A DNA stretch of 64,000 nucleotides, taken from NCBI RefSeq assembly GCF_009914755.1, contig NC_060935.1; one strand, written 5' to 3'. Origin of the DNA: the human T2T-CHM13v2.0 reference genome, Homo sapiens. The notes under the pieces were generated by a model, which saw only the letters and a program-made list of their open reading frames with translations, had not been told where the DNA came from and made no database searches. Shown here piece by piece: positions 49,330 through 64,000 of this stretch (positions are counted from its first letter, which is position 1; the number at the start of each line of letters is the position of its first letter). A program made the position numbers and the translations under genes.

Positions 49330-50716
49330 TAATTTTTGAAAAATCATTATTCATGATCATGGCATACAGTATATTCTCTTTTTTTCTTTATTTCTGACTG
49401 TCACTGAGTGAAATAATAGATGGCAGACATGTCTGAATGAAGTAAAAATCAATGGAAGACAGTCAGGATCTTTTGCTTCATGCAAAAAACTTGGAGTGAA
49501 GTCTCAGTGATAACTGGGAAATGTTTTTCTTCCTCTTTATCTAACTATATTACACTTATCCATCAGGCTTCATTGTATTAATCTATCCTTTGAGGTAATA
49601 TTATTTGACCTTCTATGCTGGGCTTTATTTTGCAATTCTCACCACAGATATGAATAATCCTTCATTATTAGTGTGCTTGTCTACATTGAAATACACAATG
49701 TGATCAGACCAATGCTGGATTAATTGAATTTTTTTTAAAGTAACTAAATATTGACTCCTACCTCAAACCATACACAGTCATTTCCAGATAGTTTGAAGTC
49801 CTGAAAGGAAGGGGAACCTGATACAATATTCTCATAAGGATTTCTTAACCAGGGCACAAATTAATAATTAAAACAATTAGTTCATTTATATTGATAATGA
49901 TGACTTCTGTGTTTCAAAAAACATTATGCAAACTAGTAGTGGAGAAAGATATTCACCCCAACATACATAAAGTAAAATATAATACATATATATGATGAAT
50001 ACTTAAATTGTAATAAATAAAAGACAGTGAACTCAATAGAAGATTGGCTAAAATATCTGAACAGACACTTTACAGAATTGGATACATAAATAACTAGCCA
50101 AATATAAAAAAGTGCTCACTTTCATTAGTCTTACAAAAGTAAGAATTAATCCACCAGTTGTGCCACAGGCCCCCATAAAAAATACCAAAATTTAAAGACA
50201 CACAATATTGTGTGTTGCCAAAGATACAGAATAAATGAAATTTATTCATGGCTGGAGAGATGTAAATGGATATCCCTTTTGGGAAACTGACTATTAGCAT
50301 TTCTTATGGGCTAGATATTCTAATTCTAAAATATAGTCAACTGATTGCCTACATATACTTCAACATACACAATATTGTTCACTGCATCAATTTTTATAGT
50401 AGCTCCAAATTAGACCCAAAATATTCTTCAACTGTAGAATAGCTAAATAAATTTGGTGTATTTATGCAAAATAATCCTATAAAACAATAAATAACTCACT
50501 GAATGCAACAAAGCTGATGAATCTCAGAAACAAGTTAATAAACATATGCCAATTTAAACGATAAAATTGAAGTTAAGAAAAGACTTTTCCATGTATATAA
50601 TATGTTGGTAATTGTAAGCTCTTTATGGGTTCCATAATTACATGAATGCTGTGGAATTATAACTTTTAAGACCCAAAATGTCAAATAATGCATAATGTAG
50701 TAGAATAAAAAAGGAG

Positions 50717-51005
50717 CCCAGGCATGGTGGCACACACCTCCAATCCCAGCACTTGGGGAGACCAAGGTGTGAGAATGGCTTGTGGCCAGGAGTTCCAGAC
50801 CAGTGGAGGCAACATAGTGAGACCTCATGTCTACTAAACATTCCTTTAGAAATCAGCCTGGCATGATGGCACATGCTATAGTCCCAGCTACTCAGGAGGC
50901 TGATGCAGCAGGATGGCTTGTGCCCAGAAGATCCAGGCTGCAGTGAGCCATGGTGGTGCCCTGCAGTCCAGCCTGTGACAGAATGACTGACTGTCTCATA
51001 ATAAA
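50717..51005 (+). mobile_element. AluJ (paralogous to 28865-29170)
   Basis: Diverged Alu at the same position in both duplicated blocks. Confidence 0.85.
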
Positions 51006-51359
51006 ACAAACTATAATTACTTGATATAACACAAACCAATATATTATAAATACGCTAATTATAGGTATTTTAAATATTGATTTATTTAAAATAACTGAGA
51101 AAGCTGGGATAGCTACATGTTTGCTTAGACTAGACAAAAGTGCCTTGGGAAGTAAGTTTAAAGTATTTTTATTAGAGTAAGTGAGGATGAAGTGCTTCAT
51201 TACAAATGTGATACACACCAGAATCTGCTATGAATAGTCTCATGTCTAGAAGATTTGCGGATATCTAGGTAAGCAGTAATTATTGGGTGCCTGAAGCCTA
51301 GCAGGTGCATATTCAGTGTGTCTTCTCTGGAGATGTCTTCTCTGGAAAGTTTGATTTTT

Positions 51360-57483
<6,124 letters not shown>

Positions 57484-58884
57484 AAGTTTGATTTTTAAAT
57501 GATTTTTAACTTCCCATGGCGGAAACAGGAAGGAATGCCTGGCAACCCAACAAGGGTCAGATGCCACATCAACCCGAGCAGAAGCTGCCTAACCCTGGCT
57601 ATTCCAACGACAATTAGACGTTCTTGGGAAGGTGGAGCCCTTTGTGGGAGCTCCACAAAGTGGCCACTTAAAGGTGACTGAGGCCTCTCAAAATCCCTGA
57701 GTTAGAGCTGCAGCTCTCCATGTGGGCTGTAGTGCAATCACATATAGAGCTTTAGGACAGGCCCAGGGCTCATCTCCCTGGACCAGTGCCTTGAGAATTT
57801 TCATAGCAGGGATAGCCAGCTTGGAGAAGCATGCCTGGGAGACCATGTGGCACTGCCTGGCTGAGTCCTCAGCTGACAGAGGTGAGGGTAGGGCTCATGG
57901 TGACTTGGTAATGCTGTGAATTAGGTACGTGTAGCAGGAAGGTGCCACAATGCCAAGGCCCCACGTCTTGGAAATTCCATGAGGTCCACATGAGGTTGAA
58001 CTAAACACCAAGTGCAGTCCTCAAAGGAAAAATAAAAGAAATACCCACATAAGGGACTCTTTGGAACTGAGTCTGGAAGAGAGGGCTGCCTGGTCCACTC
58101 CAGGAGAATTTGCCTAAAATATGTTTGCTTCCCACTGCATTCTCTTTGCTTGTTGTAAACATCACCTCCTCCCCATTCCTTTAATTTGCATCATTCTGGG
58201 CTCCTTACTCTTGTTGCATCCTTTATTACATTTTAAGGATGCCTGGATTCGATTTACTTGAGCGCATATATGGCTTAATTTTGTATTTCTGGTAATCATT
58301 TATTATATTTCCCCCATTTTATCAAATGACACGTTTGTCTCATATCTTTTTTTAATGTGTTAAAGATTTTGTATCCAGTTTATCTGAAACTCCTTGCTTA
58401 AAATGACTTTAATTCTAGCAATACATACATGCTTATCTTTGCATTGTTTTATAATTTGACGATAAAAGTCTTTCCCCAATATATGAGGTATGGGTAACAC
58501 TTTTTAAAAAGATACAATAAAATCTGATCTCTCTGTCTCACTTGATCATGTGGCTGAACGAGTCAATCCTTCCAACAAATAGAAATATCCAGCATCACTT
58601 AATCTAATTAATAAAAACATCCAGTGTGCACGTGCACCCATGATGAGAAGAAAAGACCAAAGCAAACAGCCCAAAAGGAGAGAATCCCATGATTTCTGTG
58701 TAAACTCCTACAGATATCATAAATATTTATTGCTAGGAACAGTATTTTAAATAAAAGGTCTTCAGGCAAGCGTATTAAAGCTGCCTTGGATACAAGGGGT
58801 CCTATAACTTGTAAAAATTGGCAAATTGGATAACGATTAAAAATACAAAATTACACAGAAAATACCCTTTAATAAATTGATTTT

Positions 58885-59160
58885 TTTAAATTGAGACAGA
58901 GTTTGGCTCTCGTTGCCCAGGCCGGAGTGCAATGGCACGATCTTGGCTGCCTGCCACCTCTGCCTCCAGGGTTCAAGCGATTCTCCTGCCTCAGCCTTCC
59001 GAGTAGTTGTGCCACCATGCACAGCTAATTTTGTATTTGTAGTAGAGACGGGGTTTCTCCATGTTGGTCATGCTAGTCTCAAAATCCCAACCTCAGGAGA
59101 TCCGCCTGCCTTGGCCTCCCAAAGTGCTGGGATTACAGGCTTGAGCCACAGCGCCCGGCC
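58885..59160 (-). mobile_element. AluS with internal deletion
   Basis: TSD TAATAAATTGAT at 58870-58881 and 59161-59172. Confidence 0.9.
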
Positions 59161-59219
59161 TAATAAATTGATCTTTAAAAACATCTTAATTGAGGTTCTC
59201 TAAAGGGAGCCTTTTAGGC

Positions 59220-61430
59220 AACACGCCCGCTAGGTGTACTGATTGCTAGGGTGGCTGCTGTCAGGCGAATCGATGTGGCTCCCCCAGCCCCTTCCTGGGA
59301 GCATCCTAGAGAGACAGCGCGGAAATACACGCGGCCCGGTGGTCCCGGGAGCTGCCATGGTGCCCAGCCCCGTGGCCTTGCCCTGCCCTCACACCGTGTC
59401 AAGCACCCGCGGACTCTCACGTCCTCTTCTTCCAGAGCAGCGGGCGCTTCTCCTGCACCTTGGCCTGGCGCTTCTTCTCGGCCTCCTCCGCCTCCGGTTT
59501 CTCCTCCTTGGCCACCTTGTTAGGCCACTTGGGTATCCGCAGGTGGCCGCTGTCCTTGGTGCTGCCCTTCCGCGCTGGCCTCTTGGGCTGGAAGGTGGGC
59601 CCGGGTGCCTTGCTGAGGCGGACCCGGGGCACCACCGTGCCTGGCCACAAGCTGCTCCGCCGCAGGCGCTGCAGGGGCAGGAGGCTAGCCTTCCGCGGGG
59701 AGGGGTCGGCAGAGCCCCAGGACCCCGGCAGCGGGGCAGGTGGGAGGCCGGCTCTTGGGGATTCCTCACGGGAGCCCGCCGCCTCTAGGCCAGGCCGCTT
59801 GTGCTGCTCTGCGCCCTCCGTTTCGCCCGCCACCTGCGCCTGCCGCCCCCACCGACCCCACGCCACGCCGCCAGAATTTCCTGAGTCGCCAGGATTTCCT
59901 GCACCGCCAGCCGCCTCTTCCCCAAGCACAGGGTGCTCTCGGGGCACACGGTCTGGCACGCGAAGGCCACGGCGGTGCTGTTAGAGGCTGGTGGTCATCC
60001 TGACTATGTGGTCCAGGGCGCCCCGGTCCTCTGGGCCACGCACGGCGCGCGGCGTCAGCGCGGACAGCTCGCAGTCCCTGACCCTCTGCAGGCAGTTTTT
60101 GGAGCCCTCGGGCTTCTGCGCCCTCTCGTGGAGCGGAGGCAGCTCAAGCTGGTACTTTTCCCCCAACCGCTCCTGGCAGGGGTGCTCCAAGAGCCTCTGC
60201 ATGAGGCGGACGTGTAAGTGGCCACTCCTCTGGCGACATCCCACGGCAGGGACCCTCGTGTGGACACCCGCCCCTGCTAGCTCAGGGCTCCGATGTGATC
60301 GGTTCGACCCTGCATGGCGGTTTTCAACCCAAACTCATCCCTCCTTCAAGGTCAAGACCCAGGACATAGTTCAACAAGTAGTTGGTGATGATAGCCTGCC
60401 CTGACTGGGCCAGAACAGCTTCTTTAGTAAAACAACGCAGGGAAGTCATGAAACAGATGCTCAGCTCCTTTCTTCATTTTCACTTTAATTCCGTGATGCC
60501 TGTGTCCGTCTGACGACATCTCTCCTGGGGTCTGGGACTCTGCTGGTCTTCAATGCCTACTGAGAAGGGTTCCTGGCCATCATCAGGCATGAAAACTCAA
60601 AGCCCTCCGTCCTCAACGTGGGATCCCTGGGTCAGCGGTATCAGCCTCACCAGGAAGCCTGTTCTTCTGCCCATTCTTGGGCCCCACCCCAGGCCTATTC
60701 AAAGAAAGACTCCAGCGGCAGGGCCTGGCAGCCCGTTTCCACCAGATCTGTGTTAAAGCTCAAATGAACCAGCCCAGGTGATGCTGACGCAGGAAGGGCA
60801 AGGCTGAGAGCCAGTGTCTAAGGCAACTGTGCCCATGGGGCCAGGGGCAGTTCCTGCCTGTGCAGCTATGATTAGGGCTGCGTTCCCCTCCCTGTCCTGC
60901 CAGTTGACATCAATGTGGGGGTACTCAGCTAAGGCCACCACGGTATATCCACAAAGTCGTGGTATCAGGCGACATTAAGGCCCGTCCAGCCATTGTGGTC
61001 AGTCTCCTGCGCCTTCTTAAAGCTCACCCCACACCGCACCAGCGTCCGCAGCTGCCCCACGCCTCCAGGATGCCCTCCTCCGGTACGCTCTCCACGCCCT
61101 CGACGCCGTGCTCCTCCTCGTCCTGGAAAGGGTACAAAGAGTCGTCAGAGGCGACGCTGCGAGTGTCGGGCAGACTGGAGAAGTCCTGGAACTCTTTGAA
61201 TTCAGTGCGGTCCTCCTCGACCTGCGCGCCTAGGAGTGGGGATGGCGGTGGCGGGATCATGCAGCGCGCCTCGCCACCCTGCGGCCGAGTCCCAGCCAGC
61301 AGCACCATGCCGGAGGCGTGGGCGGGGGATCGCGGCACCGTCCGGGAAAGCCTGGGGCCCGCCAAGGTCCATGCTTCTCACTACTGAGTCCCCAGAGAAG
61401 CCCTAGCTCCCTCCCCCAGCCCCGCGGAAA
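59220..61430. promoter_or_regulatory. GC/CpG-rich islands (~59220-60310 and ~60950-61430) carried by the retrocopy
   Basis: High GC with many CpGs against an AT-rich background, judged by eye. Confidence 0.6.
59417..61308 (-). pseudogene. ANKRD33B processed pseudogene; 5'UTR to ~61430, 3'UTR probably extends toward ~57500
   Basis: ATG 61308 MVLLAGT...DFSSLPDTRSVASDDSLYPFQDEEEHGVE, then [44 protein letters not shown], ...[11 protein letters not shown]...WKKRT* (59417). Exon 1/2 and 3/4 junctions are intronless. Deletions, frameshifts and a TGA disable it. Confidence 0.92.
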
Positions 61431-61984
61431 CCTCCCTTCTTTTACATTATTAAGTTTGTTTTTATTTTAATTTTCTTAGGACATTGATAAAATCACTTTC
61501 GGATTATTGGGATTAAAAATTAAATAATTTTCAACTTTACTCTTTTTTAAAATTGTCACAATTTATTTTAATGCTTTTATTCTTTTGTAACTTTTAATTA
61601 TTGTAATTTATATCTTCAATTATTATGGAAGAATTTTAGAAAAGTCTTTTCACATAATAAAGTCTAATTAATGAACTATTATTTATTCTCTCCTCTATCT
61701 CAAATACGGACTTTAAACTTTTAGAACACTTTATGTTTTGAGACTCTTGTTACTTATGTGACATTTTAACTATTATTCTTCACTCTTCTAGTGAATTTTT
61801 AATGTCATTCAAAGGGTACATCTTTCTATAGTGAGAATTAAACATAGTTCTCAAAAATATTCTCAGATATTTAGAATTTCATCTTCCACTGGCATGTTAA
61901 GTATGTTCTCCTTCCCTTCTAATGCATATTTTCCCCCAAGTCCTCGTGTTATACTCCTTTTTCACCCTCCATTCAAGAGATGAT

Positions 61985-62140
61985 TTTATTTATTTATTTA
62001 TTTATTTATTTATTTGTTTATTTATTCACTGAGGCAGAGTCTCACTCAGTCTGTCACCGAGGCTAGAATGCAGTGGCATGATCTCCATTCATTACTATCT
62101 TTGCCTCCTTGGTTCAAGTGATTATCCTGCCTCAGCCTCC
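61985..62140 (-). mobile_element. Partial Alu (right arm) with (TTTA)n tail
   Basis: GAGGCAGAGTCTCACTC...CCTGCCTCAGCCTCC, then truncated. Confidence 0.8.
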
Positions 62141-64000
62141 ATAAAAAATCTGTAACCAGGCTATTGATAAATAACTTCTTTTAGGGATAAAAAACTCAGA
62201 AAGTTCAAGATTTCTGGATTAATGATTGACAATGTTCTTAGTGGTCTCTCTGATTTATTTCAATTGTAAGTAATTCTTGGTGATATTCTAACATAAATTC
62301 TGACAGGTGAAGAGAATAAATGAATTAAGTATCTCTAGGAGAATCAATAGAATAAGATTATCTTGGTTAAATGGTTGAGAAAACATGGTAAATAGACACA
62401 AAAACTTTTTCATCTTCCAAAATCAGAGTCAAATACTAAATGATCATAAAGTAGCTAATACTGTCTTTCTGCAAAGTGAATCTGAGCTAAATTAAAAGAA
62501 TGTCAGGAATAAATTTTTCCTTGAAAACTAGGAACAAATAATGTAATTAAATTATGAGGCATTGACTGTTGCATAGAGTTCTAGCATCAACAGAAAAGCT
62601 CACAAAACATAGGTGAAAATCAAAAAAGGAGTGCTGGGTTGGAGCCCTAAGGTGAATAATTTTATCATCTCAGATCGCTTGGAAAAAAGCAGCGAGTCCA
62701 AAAGAAGCTGGTGATAAGCTTTCTCTCTGCTAACCCCTAATGTTCTGCATGAAATGTGTGAAGGCAGAAGAGAGACAGTTTATTATAGTCTACATGGTAT
62801 AGAGTGAAGGAATAAGAGAACATTTCTGATAAGTGTTTTCAAAATTTGGAGAATCATTCCTATCTAAATCATTCATTTAAGGGAGTAAAATACAAGTATG
62901 ATGTTTCTTGCCATCTAACCCTCAGCTAGCCATGCTCTAAAAAGGACAACACTGGACACCTCGACAGTGGTAAAAAGCAGGGTTTACTCACTCTTGAATA
63001 CTAAGAAATTGTGCTAATCTTAGGCAGCAGCTTATCTATTTGGTTGAGGTTCAGCTTTGTTTCATTGAACAAATCTCTTGGGTTATTTTCAGTTGTGCCA
63101 GTCATTTAATTTGTTTTCTGAATCAAATGATAAGAATAAATATGGTTTTGAGTGTAAACCGCATTCCCAGATATATCTTACAACTTGGTGTGCCATCTGC
63201 CTAATTTTGAACCTATAGGATGGGAATAAATGCATTGTGAAAAACACCAGGTGATTTCCTTAAAGCCAAATACTCTTGTCCCTCCTACTTTTCTTCTGGC
63301 TTTCCTGCTGCATGGGACATGGCAATAAATGGGAGTTTCCTGCACACAGAGATAAAATTCACTTGTTGAAGATGTCAGTCTTCTTCTTGACCAACTCCTA
63401 TATTGGTAAAAACATGTTAGAGAAATGCACCTTCTGAATCGTTTCAAATTTGTGGTCTTTGTTAGAGAAGATAAGCTGGTGCCCTGGGAGACGTAGCTAT
63501 TACATTCTATTATAGAATTTTCCATTCTGTATCATCTGGATTCTTATTTAAAGTGTAAACTAATTTTGTTCTTTCTACTGCGTAAGAAGGTTTATACCAC
63601 TTTATGCTTAGTAATTAAATTTATATGTCAGTTTAAGTCCAGTCTCCACTACTCTAAGTCCTGCTCCTGTTCCCCATCATCTTATATAGGAACCTTCATT
63701 TTTCAATGGTTTATATTAAAAAACCTAAGACAATTGAAATCAATCCTATAAAAATTATGCTACAATTATTTTAAACCCTAACATAATAGTATTATCTTTG
63801 ATATCAATCCAAAAATCAATTTATTTCTTATCTTTTGATAGATACTCATTAGTATGTTCTATCCTATTTTGTTACTTACATTTTGGAAAAGTTTCTTAAT
63901 GTTAGAATAATATTTATACATGTTAACTCCTCTACTTATCCATTTATTCATTTTATTTATTGTGTAATCTATTCTAAAAATCGCATTCGATAATGGTAAT

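Noticed and set aside
59214-60404. Many overlapping ORFs on both strands
   Set aside because: Expected in GC-rich DNA. Only the minus-strand ANKRD33B-frame fragments have homology.
63178-63525. 115-aa minus ORF
   Set aside because: No domain, homology or convincing gene structure recognised.

Overview
This is primate (very probably human) genomic DNA from a segmentally duplicated TRIM49/TRIM53/TRIM64 cluster. From memory it fits the chr11 pericentromeric TRIM49B locus; no database check was possible. Genes and pseudogenes: (1) the 5' half of a TRIM49/48/53-type gene on the minus strand, running off the left edge; (2) a complete 6-coding-exon TRIM64-like unprocessed pseudogene (minus), broken only by two stops in its RING/B-box exon; (3) an intact 452-aa TRIM49-family gene (plus), head-to-head with (1) as the two arms of a ~6.8-kb inverted duplication, both arms carrying a DUX4-motif/CACCC/TATA/Inr promoter; (4) a processed ANKRD33B pseudogene carrying an extra 453-nt exon-like insert. 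Other features: a full-length, ORF-broken L1PA element with TSDs; an isolated, strongly diverged FOLH1 (PSMA/GCPII) exon with intact splice sites; and many Alu/L1/Tigger/MADE1/LTR repeats, several nested. No prokaryotic-type system, CRISPR array or structural RNA gene was seen. The most novel-looking signals are the FOLH1 relic exon, a possible RING-less product of the TRIM64-like pseudogene, the retrocopied alternative exon and an orphan promoter-like cassette. Identity and subfamily calls rest on remembered consensus sequences.
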